Source: Clostridia bacterium (GTDB lineage: Bacteria > Bacillota > Clostridia > Oscillospirales > CAG-272). From it: a stretch of DNA of 49,651 bases. The translations under genes were made by a program, and so were the position numbers. The number at the start of each line of letters is the position of its first letter. Position 1 is the stretch's first letter. The stretch covers positions 1 through 49,651 of the forward strand of contig JAFPCR010000002.1 in NCBI GenBank assembly GCA_017390195.1. The letters run 5' to 3'. Positions 37,044 to 45,295 of the stretch are shown here, piece after piece. The notes beneath the pieces are model-generated. The model was not told where the DNA came from, made no database searches, and saw nothing but the letters and a program-made list of their open reading frames with translations.

Positions 37044-37832
37044 ATGGAGGCTTTGACTTACCGCTTGGATAGATTCGAAGGTCCGCTCGACCTGCTTTTG
37101 AATCTTATCCAGAAAAACAAAGTTAATATCGAGGATATCCCCATCTCCCTCATCTGCGAGCAATATATGGCTTTCATCGAGGAAGCTCGCCGTCTCGACA
37201 TGGAGATAGCCTCAGAATTTATAGTTATGGCAAGTGAGCTTATGCTCATAAAAAGCAAGATGCTACTGCCGAGAGTCGAGCCTGAGGAAGAAGACCCGAG
37301 AGCACAGCTTGCCGAGGCACTTATAAAATACCGTCAGGCAAAGGAAGCGGCAACAAAGCTCGCTCCCATGTACGCTCTATACAGCGGACGTATGGTAAAG
37401 GATGTAGACGAGATCTCGATCGACCGTTCTTTTGTCACAGATCAAGAGGTCACTTCTCTTTGTGCGGCGGTAAAGCGTATTCTTGCATACAACGACGCCA
37501 TATCAAATGCACGTGAAAAGGCTTTTACTCCTATGATAGCAAAGCCTATCGTTCCTGTAGAGGTCAAGATCGTGGGTATCATCAATCACATACAAAGAGC
37601 AAAAAAGCCTACTATGCGTGAGCTTCTCGCAGACTCGGTATCGCTCCCTGATATGATAGCGATCTTCCTCGGTATTCTCGAGCTTATGAAGGTTGGAAAG
37701 ATCTCGATCGACGAAAGTGAATGTGAAGTCAACGGTGACGGCATCATCGAAAACGGTGAGAACACGAGATTCATCTTAAATGAAGAATCAGATCCCGAAA
37801 AAGCTCTCGAAAGTATGCAAATAACCACATAA
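37044..37832 (+). CDS. scpA: segregation and condensation protein A
   Basis: LDRFEGPLDLLLNLIQKNKVNIEDIPI is the kleisin N-terminal motif. I prefer the ATG at 37044 with a GAAAGGAAGG RBS. The track start at 36906 overlaps the upstream gene. Confidence 0.92.
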   Translation: MEALTYRLDRFEGPLDLLLNLIQKNKVNIEDIPISLICEQYMAFIEEARRLDMEIASEFIVMASELMLIKSKMLLPRVEPEEEDPRAQLAEALIKYRQAKEAATKLAPMYALYSGRMVKDVDEISIDRSFVTDQEVTSLCAAVKRILAYNDAISNAREKAFTPMIAKPIVPVEVKIVGIINHIQRAKKPTMRELLADSVSLPDMIAIFLGILELMKVGKISIDESECEVNGDGIIENGENTRFILNEESDPEKALESMQITT

Positions 37833-37869
37833 AAAGCAAATTCTTTCAACGAAAGGTTTTGGACGTAAA

Positions 37870-38550
37870 ATGAACGAAGATCAGAATGTTATAAAAGATA
37901 CCACCGTCTCAACGGATAACGATACTATCCGTGAGATAAAGAATATAGAGGGTGCGATCGAGGCTATTCTGTATGCGGCGGGATATCCGATAAAATATCA
38001 AAAGCTGTCAGAGGTCATCGGGCTTTCTGTCAGCGACATAAAAACAATTGTCGAGCATATGGCACAGTCATACAACGAAAACGACATACGTGGAATAAAC
38101 CTGCTAATTTTCGAGGATTCTTGCCAATTCTGCACCAAGACCGAGTATGCTCCCTATATACGTGAGGCTCTCGGAATAAGGCGTGGAGGCAATCTGTCAG
38201 CGTCGTCTCTTGAGGTGTTGGCGGTCGTTGCCTACAACCAGCCCGTAACAAGAACATATATAGATACTGTTCGAGGTGTCGATTCATCATATGCCGTAAA
38301 CTCGCTTATCGACAAAGGACTTATCGAATCCTGCGGCAGACTTGATGCTCCGGGACGTCCTGTGCTTTACGCAACAAGCGAAAAGTTTTTGCGTGTGTTC
38401 GGTATAAATTCCCTGTCCGAGCTTCCCGAGACCGAGTCGTTAGGAAACTCCGACGTTGGTATTCAGATAAATATTTCGGACATCGGCGAAGAAAATTCAG
38501 CAGTAAACGAAAGCTCTGCCGATACCTCAGAGGGCGAAAGTCAGAATTAA
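37870..38550 (+). CDS. scpB: segregation and condensation protein B
   Basis: IEAILYAAG.P, LEVLAVVAYNQPVTR and RLDAPGRP motifs. Confidence 0.92.
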   Translation: MNEDQNVIKDTTVSTDNDTIREIKNIEGAIEAILYAAGYPIKYQKLSEVIGLSVSDIKTIVEHMAQSYNENDIRGINLLIFEDSCQFCTKTEYAPYIREALGIRRGGNLSASSLEVLAVVAYNQPVTRTYIDTVRGVDSSYAVNSLIDKGLIESCGRLDAPGRPVLYATSEKFLRVFGINSLSELPETESLGNSDVGIQINISDIGEENSAVNESSADTSEGESQN

Positions 38551-38589
38551 AGGTTTAAATTTATTATAAAGATACCGAAAGGAGAAGAC

Positions 38590-39351
38590 ATGGCAATACC
38601 GCTCATAATCTTTTTAGCGATACTCGCAATAATAATCCTAATAATTGCCCTTTTCGCTTCACTTTCTCTTTTCGGACAAGTATCCTTGACACTTGACTCT
38701 AACGGTGAAAGCACACGCTTATTTGCGAGTGTATGTGGCATAAGATTTTACATTCTCGGCAAGAAGAAAGACAAAAAAGTAAAGCTGTCACACTACACGC
38801 CCGCAAAAATCGAACGCCGAAAGAAAAAGGAATTGAAAAAAGCAACAAAGAAAAAAAGAAAAGCCGCACTCAAAGCAGCGGCAAAAAAGAAAGGGACGAC
38901 CGAAGGAATCGAAACAGCAAAATTAGGAATAAAGGACAATATAGGTCTTGTATTGACTCTATTGAAAAAATTAGTTTCCATCTTCCGAACCAGGCTGCAC
39001 ATCAAGCTTGCACGTCTCAACATTACCGTTTCTGGTAAAGATGCCGCATCTACTGCTATCATGTACGGTGTTATTTCGCAAACGGCAGGATATATAATCG
39101 AATTTCTGAACAATACCGAGAATTTCAAAATGACAAACGAAGAACAAGTGTCGGTCACGGCAGACTTTTTGGGTGAAAAGACCAAGGTCGATATCAAGAT
39201 TTCGATTCGTCTCGGCATAAAGAATCTTCTCTCCCTCGCAATTCTCTTCTTTACCGAAAGGTCAAGCAGACTGTCAAAGGTCAAACAAGCCGTCAGCGCC
39301 GTAGCAAGTCCCCAAAACTCCAAGGAAAAATCAAAAACCACCATAAAATAA
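38590..39351 (+). CDS. membrane protein, DUF2953/YtfI-like (sporulation-associated)
   Basis: N-terminal TM helix and a Lys-rich segment (RRKKKELKKATKKKRKAALKAAAKKKG). It lies immediately upstream of a GerW/YtfJ gene, as ytfI-ytfJ does in Bacillus. The family assignment is from context and overall architecture only. Confidence 0.55.
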   Translation: MAIPLIIFLAILAIIILIIALFASLSLFGQVSLTLDSNGESTRLFASVCGIRFYILGKKKDKKVKLSHYTPAKIERRKKKELKKATKKKRKAALKAAAKKKGTTEGIETAKLGIKDNIGLVLTLLKKLVSIFRTRLHIKLARLNITVSGKDAASTAIMYGVISQTAGYIIEFLNNTENFKMTNEEQVSVTADFLGEKTKVDIKISIRLGIKNLLSLAILFFTERSSRLSKVKQAVSAVASPQNSKEKSKTTIK

Positions 39352-39374
39352 CATTTGAAAGGAAATACATTATC

Positions 39375-39854
39375 ATGGCAAACGAAAGCAAGTATCAGGA
39401 CATTATCGCAACGACCCTTGAAAACATTCGCTCTATGGTAGACGCAAACACTATTGTAGGAACTCCCATAAACACTCCTCAAGGAACAACAATAATCCCG
39501 ATCTCAAAAATTTCAATGGGATTCGCTTCGGGTGGACTTGATTTTTCTGCTAAAAGCAAGTCCGACGCAGGTAAAAACTTCGGCGGTGGCGGCGGAACAG
39601 GACTTAATATAGTTCCCGTAGGATTTCTTGCGGTCTCCCCCAACGGTTCTGTTGAAATGATCAACGTGGGAATGGCAACTCAGGAAGATACGCTTGACAA
39701 GATAAGCAATTATCTCGACCGTGCCCCCGAGATCATCGAAAAGGTAAAGGCTATATTCAAAAAAGACAAATCCGACGAAGATGACGAGCTCAGCGAGGAA
39801 GAGATCGCCGCTATACTCGACAGTGCCGAAGTTGAAGCAGATATAACAAAATAA
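39375..39854 (+). CDS. ytfJ: GerW/YtfJ family sporulation protein
   Basis: IVGTPINTPQGTTIIPISKISMGFASGG and GGGGGTGLNIVPVGFLAV motifs, characteristic of YtfJ/GerW. Confidence 0.85.
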   Translation: MANESKYQDIIATTLENIRSMVDANTIVGTPINTPQGTTIIPISKISMGFASGGLDFSAKSKSDAGKNFGGGGGTGLNIVPVGFLAVSPNGSVEMINVGMATQEDTLDKISNYLDRAPEIIEKVKAIFKKDKSDEDDELSEEEIAAILDSAEVEADITK

Positions 39855-40051
39855 CAAATTTACAGTATACAAAGTCGGAATCACCCCTAAATACCCCAAA
39901 AAAATCATAAATTTTCTCTCACTACAATATTATTGTTATGATACCGAGGCTTTTTGCCCGTGTCAGATTTTTGCAAGGAAAGGAATCCTTTGCGAAGCAG
40001 GTCTTGATCGCAAGATCGTTATTTTGCAAAGGTGCGTTGGGGTTGATCTAT

Positions 40052-41254
40052 ATGGGTGTTGTTCGTCGGCTGTCACTGTTTTTGTTTTACGTATGTTTGA
40101 CCTGTGCCGTCATATTTAATTCTGCTCTGTATGTTTTCTCTGTCAGTTCTTCCCAAAGTTTGGACAGATCAAAGGCTATTTGTACAAATGCCAACGGTTT
40201 AGAATCGGCAGTCTCGGTATCAGCTCAAGGGGCTGTGTTGCTTGATGCCGATTCGGGTGAGGTCTTGCTTTCACTCAACGAAAACGCACGTCTGCCCATG
40301 GCAAGCACTACTAAAATAATGACGGCTCTTGTAGCACTGGAAAACTACGATATATCAAAGACCGTTTCGATACCTAAAGGAGCAGTCGGGATCGAGGGTT
40401 CTTCTGTTTACCTTTTCGAGGGCGAACGCATGACAATGGAGAATCTTCTCTACTGTCTTTTGCTCGAATCGGCAAACGATGCCGCAACAGCCATAGCCAT
40501 TGAGGTGGCGGGAAGTGTTGAGGCTTTCGCCCAAATGATGAACGACAAAGCCGAACAGCTACGTCTGAACAACACTCACTTTACCAATCCTCACGGGCTT
40601 GATGACAAGGAGCATTACACCTCGGCACACGACTTAGCTATCATCACACGGGAGGCACTTCAAAATCCTGTGTTCAAGACAATTGTATCGACATATAAAA
40701 AAACCGTGCCGTTAAACGACACGCAAGGTGTACGTCTGCTTATAAATCACAACCGCATGCTCCGTATGTATGACGGTACTATAGGTGTAAAAACGGGATT
40801 CACCAAACGTAGCGGACGTTGCCTTGTAAGTGCGGCTGAACGTGACGGTCTGACATTGATCGCCGTGACGATAAATGCCCCTGACGATTGGCGTGACCAT
40901 ACGGCAATGCTTGATTACGGCTTTGAATGTTATGAATCGGTAACGCTCGCTCAAAAGGGAGAGCTTACCGTACAGCTTGATGTTGTCGGAGGCAAGCAAA
41001 GCTATGTTACAGTCTCAAACATAGAGGATGTTTGTATTACGCTTCCCCGTGACTGCGGGACAATTACCTATACCGTTGAAATGTACCGCTTCGCTTATGC
41101 ACCCGTTGCCGACTCAGAAAAGCTGGGCGAAATTGTATGGAAGTGCGGCTCAAAAGAGATCGCAAGAACAGATCTCTATGCCTCACACGCTGTTGAGGGT
41201 ATACAATACAAAAAGAATATATTTGAAAGGATCTTGGAGTTCTTCGGATTTTAA
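40052..41254 (+). CDS. D-alanyl-D-alanine carboxypeptidase (S11, DacB-like)
   Basis: MASTTKIMTA (SxxK), ESANDAA (SxN) and KTGFT (KTG). I prefer the ATG at 40052, which starts a signal/TM segment, over the track start at 39938. Confidence 0.88.
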   Translation: MGVVRRLSLFLFYVCLTCAVIFNSALYVFSVSSSQSLDRSKAICTNANGLESAVSVSAQGAVLLDADSGEVLLSLNENARLPMASTTKIMTALVALENYDISKTVSIPKGAVGIEGSSVYLFEGERMTMENLLYCLLLESANDAATAIAIEVAGSVEAFAQMMNDKAEQLRLNNTHFTNPHGLDDKEHYTSAHDLAIITREALQNPVFKTIVSTYKKTVPLNDTQGVRLLINHNRMLRMYDGTIGVKTGFTKRSGRCLVSAAERDGLTLIAVTINAPDDWRDHTAMLDYGFECYESVTLAQKGELTVQLDVVGGKQSYVTVSNIEDVCITLPRDCGTITYTVEMYRFAYAPVADSEKLGEIVWKCGSKEIARTDLYASHAVEGIQYKKNIFERILEFFGF

Positions 41255-41271
41255 GAGCATTTCATAAACAA

Positions 41272-41973
41272 ATGGAAAAGATAAGACTTCAAAAATATTT
41301 TACCGACTGCGGTATAATGTCACGCAGAGCCGCAGAGGCGGAGATCTCGCAGGGCAAAGTTAAAGTCAACGGAGTCGTCGCTGATATTGGTTCGAAAATC
41401 GACCCCGAAAATGACATAGTTGAATACAAAGGAAGAGTCGTTCGCAGAAAGAACAACGCTCACCGCTATATAATGCTCAACAAGCCGAGAGGGATCGTCA
41501 CAACCTCGTCTGACGAAAAAGGCAGGGCTTGTGTTATCTCCCTTGTACGTGATGTAGGTGTGCGTGTTTATCCTATAGGACGGCTCGATATGGATTCTCA
41601 GGGACTTCTCCTTCTGACCGATGACGGCGAGCTTGCAAATAAACTTACGCACCCACGTCACGAAATACCTAAGATCTACAGAGTGACCGTAAGCACTCCC
41701 GTCAGTGAAGCTCAGCTCAACGCCCTGCGTTCAAGAATAGTGATAGACGGATACAACATCTTACCCGTTGAGGTAAACCTTATCTCCCCTACCGTCATGA
41801 TCATGACCTTGTATGAGGGACGAAACCGTCAGATAAGAAAGATGTGCGAGAGCCAAAATTTAAAAATAACCGAGCTTTGTCGAATTGCCATAGGCAAAAT
41901 AGAACTCGGCTCCCTTCCTCTCGGAAAATGGCGAGAGCTTGACGAGGAAGAAGTAAGATATCTTAAAGGATAA
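41272..41973 (+). CDS. rluB: pseudouridine synthase, RsuA/RluB family
   Basis: N-terminal S4 domain (RLQKYFTDCGIMSRR), catalytic GRLDMDSQGLLLLTDDG, and a HPRHEIPKIY motif. Confidence 0.9.
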   Translation: MEKIRLQKYFTDCGIMSRRAAEAEISQGKVKVNGVVADIGSKIDPENDIVEYKGRVVRRKNNAHRYIMLNKPRGIVTTSSDEKGRACVISLVRDVGVRVYPIGRLDMDSQGLLLLTDDGELANKLTHPRHEIPKIYRVTVSTPVSEAQLNALRSRIVIDGYNILPVEVNLISPTVMIMTLYEGRNRQIRKMCESQNLKITELCRIAIGKIELGSLPLGKWRELDEEEVRYLKG

Positions 41974-42009
41974 ACATATTTTAAACATTCAGGAAAGGCA
42001 ATATATATC

Positions 42010-42420
42010 ATGCTCAAAGTATTACCAATTCAATCAAAGATCGAACAGGAGGCTATTTGTTCCCGTTGCGGTGTTATTTACCGTGAGGAATTGATGGCGT
42101 ACTCTGCGACTGTAGACAACACCTTGGTCGGCGTATGTCAGTTCACGATGAACGACAAGGGCGGCTTTATATATGATCTGAAAAATGTTATAGGTGTGAC
42201 CGACAATGAAGCTCTTTTCATTATGGGACGTGGCACTCTTAATTTCATAGATCTGTGCGGGGTTCACCGTGCGTTTTTCATCCCTGCCTCCGAGACAGAC
42301 GAGACACTGATACATGCGATAGGATTTCGCAAAAATGATTCGGACTGCTGGGAGATGGATCTTACAAATTTCTTTGACCACCCCTGCCAGCACGGTGCGG
42401 CATCAGGTCCCAACGGCTGA
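42010..42420 (+). CDS. hypothetical protein (136 aa)
   Basis: Clean ORF followed by a terminator, with no family motif I can name. It has CSRCG near the N-terminus and HPCQH near the C-terminus. It could have a small GNAT-like fold, but that is a guess. Confidence 0.6.
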   Translation: MLKVLPIQSKIEQEAICSRCGVIYREELMAYSATVDNTLVGVCQFTMNDKGGFIYDLKNVIGVTDNEALFIMGRGTLNFIDLCGVHRAFFIPASETDETLIHAIGFRKNDSDCWEMDLTNFFDHPCQHGAASGPNG

Positions 42421-42468
42421 GCTTTCGACATTTTGATCTCAACAAGCCTATTTTTAATCTACCTTTAA

Positions 42469-42509
42469 GCAGAATTGGCAATTTTTTACAATTGCTGGTC
42501 TGCTTTTTT
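42469..42509 (+). terminator. intrinsic terminator upstream of spo0A
   Basis: Imperfect stem gcagaattggcaatt / aattgctggtctgc, followed by TTTTTT. Confidence 0.65.
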
Positions 42510-42534
42510 GTTTACTATTTTTTCTGGAAATCTC

Positions 42535-42575
42535 TTGTAACAATTGGTAATTTGTGGTAATATATTTGTGTCAAA
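42535..42575 (+). promoter_or_regulatory. possible sigma-A promoter of spo0A with an overlapping near-0A box
   Basis: TTGTAA (42535-42540), a 17-nt spacer, then TGgTAATAT (-10 at 42558-42563). TGTCAAA at 42569-42575 is one mismatch from the 0A box TGTCGAA. Confidence 0.4.
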
Positions 42576-42609
42576 ACAAATAATAATATAGCGGAGGAAA
42601 AAGAAAAAA

Positions 42610-43395
42610 ATGGAAAACACGGCAAAAATACTTATCGCTGACGAAAACGCAGCACAGCGTTGCATGATTCGTGACGGTCTTGAACACGCAGGCTACAGAA
42701 ATATCGAGGAGGCAACAAACGGCGAAGAAGCACTCTCCAAGATCGCATCTTTCGTTCCCGACATCGCAATAGTTGATATGTTTCTCTCGAAATTGGACGG
42801 TATCGGAGTTCTTCGCAGCTCAAAGCTGATCGATTATGCTCCCGCAAAGTCCCCCTCATTTATAGTTTTAGCATCTGCTGCAAACCCGAACATTTTTATT
42901 CAAGCAACGAACAGCGGTGCTCAGCTTTGTATGCTCAAGCCTATCAACATATCAAGCCTCACCGAGCATATCAAAGAAATACTCGCAAAGCGTGAAAACA
43001 ACGGAGCTTCCGCAACAGATGCTATGTCAGGTGAAAGAACTCCCGATATCGAAACTCAAGTCACAAAGATCATTCATCAGATCGGTGTTCCCGCTCATAT
43101 CAAGGGATATCAATATTTAAGAACGGCGATCCTTATGACTGTAAAGGATAACGACATAATAAACTCGGTAACCAAGATACTCTACCCCTCTGTGGCGAAA
43201 AAATATTCAACTACAACCTCAAGAGTCGAACGTGCAATACGCCATGCAATCGAGGTCGCATGGGATAGAGGTGACGTTGACACCTTGAATTCGTATTTCG
43301 GATATACCATTCAAAATAACCGTGGAAAGCCTACAAACAGCGAATTTATCGCAATGATCGCCGACAATCTCCGTATAAAATATAAGCTCTATTGA
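42610..43395 (+). CDS. spo0A: sporulation master regulator Spo0A
   Basis: Receiver domain followed by the Spo0A-specific C-terminal domain: [52 protein letters not shown]. Confidence 0.96.
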   Translation: MENTAKILIADENAAQRCMIRDGLEHAGYRNIEEATNGEEALSKIASFVPDIAIVDMFLSKLDGIGVLRSSKLIDYAPAKSPSFIVLASAANPNIFIQATNSGAQLCMLKPINISSLTEHIKEILAKRENNGASATDAMSGERTPDIETQVTKIIHQIGVPAHIKGYQYLRTAILMTVKDNDIINSVTKILYPSVAKKYSTTTSRVERAIRHAIEVAWDRGDVDTLNSYFGYTIQNNRGKPTNSEFIAMIADNLRIKYKLY

Positions 43396-43411
43396 TATTT
43401 TATTCAATAAC

Positions 43412-43477
43412 AAACTCCACCCGCACATGACGTTCCGAAACGATCGTTTTCGGTTCGTCACAACGGGTGGAGTTTTT
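43412..43477 (+). terminator. intrinsic terminator of spo0A
   Basis: Outer stem aaactccacccg / cgggtggagttt encloses an inner hairpin (ccgaaacga/tcgttttcgg) and is followed by a T-run. Confidence 0.75.
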
Positions 43478-43509
43478 AGGTCAAATGTTTTTGCGTGTGC
43501 CGAATTATG

Positions 43510-43538
43510 TTGACAACAGAATTTTAGTTTGATATAAT
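43510..43538 (+). promoter_or_regulatory. consensus sigma-A promoter of the deacetylase gene
   Basis: TTGACA (43510-43515), a 17-nt spacer, then TATAAT (43533-43538). Confidence 0.65.
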
Positions 43539-43576
43539 TTTATATAATAAATCAAAAACTTCAAGGAGAAAAGTCA

Positions 43577-44437
43577 ATGATATCAGAAATATTTATGCGA
43601 TTTCCGGGCGGTCGTGACAGAGCGTTGACTCTCAGTTATGATGACGGCGTTGAACAGGACATAAAGCTTATTGAGATTTTGAACAAATACGGCATCAAGG
43701 CTACATTTAATATAAACAGTGGCTTGTATACACCGAAAGGAACGGTCTTCCCTGAAGGAAGGATACATCGACGTATGACGCACGAGGCATCAGTTGAACT
43801 CTACAAAAACTCGCCTCACGAGGTTGCGGTACACTCTTTTTCTCACCCATTTCTTGATAAGATACCGCCCGCATCGGTTATAGATGAGATCATCAAGGAC
43901 AGAAAAAATCTTGAAGCGGACTATGAAAGACCGATAAGAGGTATGGCTTATCCGATAGGTGCGTTTAATGATGCAATAGTAGAGTCTCTCAGACAATGCG
44001 GCATCGCATATTCACGTACCGTTATCTCGACAAAAAGCTTCGATATCCCCACGGACTGGTTGCGTTTGCCTGCGACCTGCCACCACAATGATCCCGATCT
44101 TATGAAGCTTGCCGATAATTTCGTAAACTACAATGTATGGGGTCCCCCTCAAATGTTCTACCTTTGGGGACACTCCTATGAATTTGAGGAAAAGAACAAT
44201 TGGAATGTAATAGAGGAATTCTGTGAATTTATGGGCGGCAGAGACAATGTTTGGTATGCAACGAACATTGAAATCTATGACTATATTCAAGCATATTACC
44301 GCCTCGAATGGTCAGTAGATATGGATACCGTCTACAATCCTACTGCGTATACCATATTTATAAAATACTGCACCGCCCAACACCCTCCTAAATATATATC
44401 AGTCAAGCCGGGCGAAACTCTGCGTATCACTGAATAA
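43577..44437 (+). CDS. polysaccharide deacetylase (CE4) family protein
   Basis: LTLSYDDG (motif 1, catalytic Asp/metal Asp), HSFSHP (metal His), LWGHSYEF. No obvious signal peptide. Confidence 0.85.
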   Translation: MISEIFMRFPGGRDRALTLSYDDGVEQDIKLIEILNKYGIKATFNINSGLYTPKGTVFPEGRIHRRMTHEASVELYKNSPHEVAVHSFSHPFLDKIPPASVIDEIIKDRKNLEADYERPIRGMAYPIGAFNDAIVESLRQCGIAYSRTVISTKSFDIPTDWLRLPATCHHNDPDLMKLADNFVNYNVWGPPQMFYLWGHSYEFEEKNNWNVIEEFCEFMGGRDNVWYATNIEIYDYIQAYYRLEWSVDMDTVYNPTAYTIFIKYCTAQHPPKYISVKPGETLRITE

Positions 44438-44465
44438 ATACTTATTTCAACATCATATGGCAAGT

Positions 44466-44511
44466 GCAGAGCCCCTCAAATGCTGTCGCATTTGAGGGGC
44501 TCTGCGTCGTG
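44466..44511. repeat. 18-bp-stem perfect hairpin, copy A of a 36-bp direct repeat
   Basis: gcagagcccctcaaatgc-tgtc-gcatttgaggggctctgc (44466-44505), with no U-tract on either side. Positions 44476-44511 recur at 44669-44704 (35/36 identical). Confidence 0.85.
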
Positions 44512-44593
44512 CAAATCGAAATTCACCGTCGTGTGATGAATGAGCGATTACAGAGAACTTCTCCCGATATTTGCCCGCCCGGGCTTCCGGGCT

Positions 44594-44615
44594 GAGAAAC
44601 GGGACTTACGAACCC
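44594..44615 (-). other. tRNA 3'-end-like fragment (T-arm/acceptor remnant)
   Basis: gagaaacgggactt(ac)gaaccc matches gagaaacgggacttgaaccc at the 3' end of the adjacent tRNA-Leu (44761-44780), apart from a 2-nt insertion. No cognate 5' acceptor strand is present. Confidence 0.6.
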
Positions 44616-44668
44616 AAGTTTTGCACCGATATTGAATTTAGACCGAAAGTAAAGCGAGTGCAAAACGA

Positions 44669-44704
44669 TCAAATGCTGTCGCATTTGAGGGGTTCTGCGT
44701 CGTG
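44669..44704. repeat. copy B of the 36-bp direct repeat (truncated hairpin)
   Basis: tcaaatgctgtcgcatttgaggggttctgcgtcgtg lies 193 bp downstream of copy A with one mismatch. It lacks the outer left arm of the copy-A hairpin. Confidence 0.85.
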
Positions 44705-44715
44705 AAGTTCGTTCT

Positions 44716-44755
44716 AAAACAAAAGAGGATGGCTTTTGCCATCCTCTTTTGTTTT
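44716..44755. terminator. bidirectional terminator directly abutting the tRNA-Leu 3' end
   Basis: Perfect 18-bp stem aaaacaaaagaggatggc / gccatcctcttttgtttt with a tttt loop. The A/T runs lie at both ends. Confidence 0.8.
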
Positions 44756-44838
44756 GGTGCGAGAAACGGGACTTGAACCCGTACGGTGTAACCACACGCC
44801 CCTCAAACGTGCGCGTCTGCCAGTTCCGCCACTCTCGC
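44755..44838 (-). tRNA. tRNA-Leu (anticodon GAG), type II with long variable arm, CCA encoded
   Basis: The minus strand reads GCGAGAG-TG-GCGG-AACTGGCAGA-CGCG-CACGT-TTGAGGG-GCGTG-(variable arm)-GGGTTCAAGTCCC..TCTCGC-ACCA. This gives a 7-bp acceptor, a GG in the D loop, a TTCAAGT T-loop, and the anticodon loop TT-GAG-GG. Confidence 0.9.
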
Positions 44839-44868
44839 ATTGCCACACCTATCGGTGCGACGTTATTT

Positions 44869-44896
44869 ATTATACTACTTTTTTTGCATTTGTCAA
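44869..44896 (-). promoter_or_regulatory. sigma-A promoter of tRNA-Leu
   Basis: On the minus strand: TTGACA (44891-44896), a 16-nt spacer, then TATAAT (44869-44874). It lies about 30 nt upstream of the mature 5' end. Confidence 0.65.
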
Positions 44897-45058
44897 GATA
44901 ATTTTTCAAAATTCTTGTTATTTTTTCTCTGTTTTTTTGTTTTCCTCTCTACTTCTTTAAATTCTTCTTTTTTCTACCTATTATAATACTCATTTATCGG
45001 TCTACAGACGAATAAAATTTATAAATATAATACAGGGACATCCAAAGGAGGAGAAAAC

Positions 45059-45295
45059 TTGAAACGAAAAAGATCACACGGCACGGCAACGGTATGTATG
45101 GTAATACTTATGTCATTATTTTTACTTGTTCCGATATACAGCATAATAGGATCAAAAAGCCAAAACGGCGACAGCGGCGAGTCTGGTTTTCCCTATTCCA
45201 TCTATGAAAAGATACTTGAAAACGATCTTATATGCACGATATTCGGTATTGAAAAAGACTCCGACGTCGCAGAGTCAGAAAGTGCGGCAAAATGA
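45059..45295 (+). CDS. small single-pass membrane protein (78 aa), unknown function
   Basis: TTG start 5 nt after AAAGGAGGAG. It has a basic N-terminus, one TM helix and an acidic tail. Its stop overlaps the start of the next gene (ATGA). Confidence 0.6.
   Translation: MKRKRSHGTATVCMVILMSLFLLVPIYSIIGSKSQNGDSGESGFPYSIYEKILENDLICTIFGIEKDSDVAESESAAK

Noticed and set aside
38770-38900. Lys-rich, A-rich stretch that looks like a DNA low-complexity repeat
   Set aside because: It is in frame within the YtfI-like ORF and encodes a basic linker (KKKDKKVK...KKKRKAALKAAAKKKG). It has no tandem-repeat periodicity at the DNA level.
44466-44704. Possible CRISPR array, given the 36-bp repeat
   Set aside because: There are only two copies, the spacing is 193 bp, no cas genes are present, and one copy is part of a longer hairpin. 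This is not CRISPR architecture.
44523-44909. 128-aa minus-strand ORF
   Set aside because: It reads straight through the tRNA-Leu gene, its terminator palindrome and the repeat region. It has no RBS and is an artefact of an RNA and repeat locus.
44912-44978. Pyrimidine-rich (T/C) tract of about 67 nt on the + strand, upstream of the tRNA-Leu promoter
   Set aside because: It is probably just an AT-rich UP-element or spacer region between divergent promoters. It has no repeat unit or pairing partner, so I noted it only as a compositional oddity.
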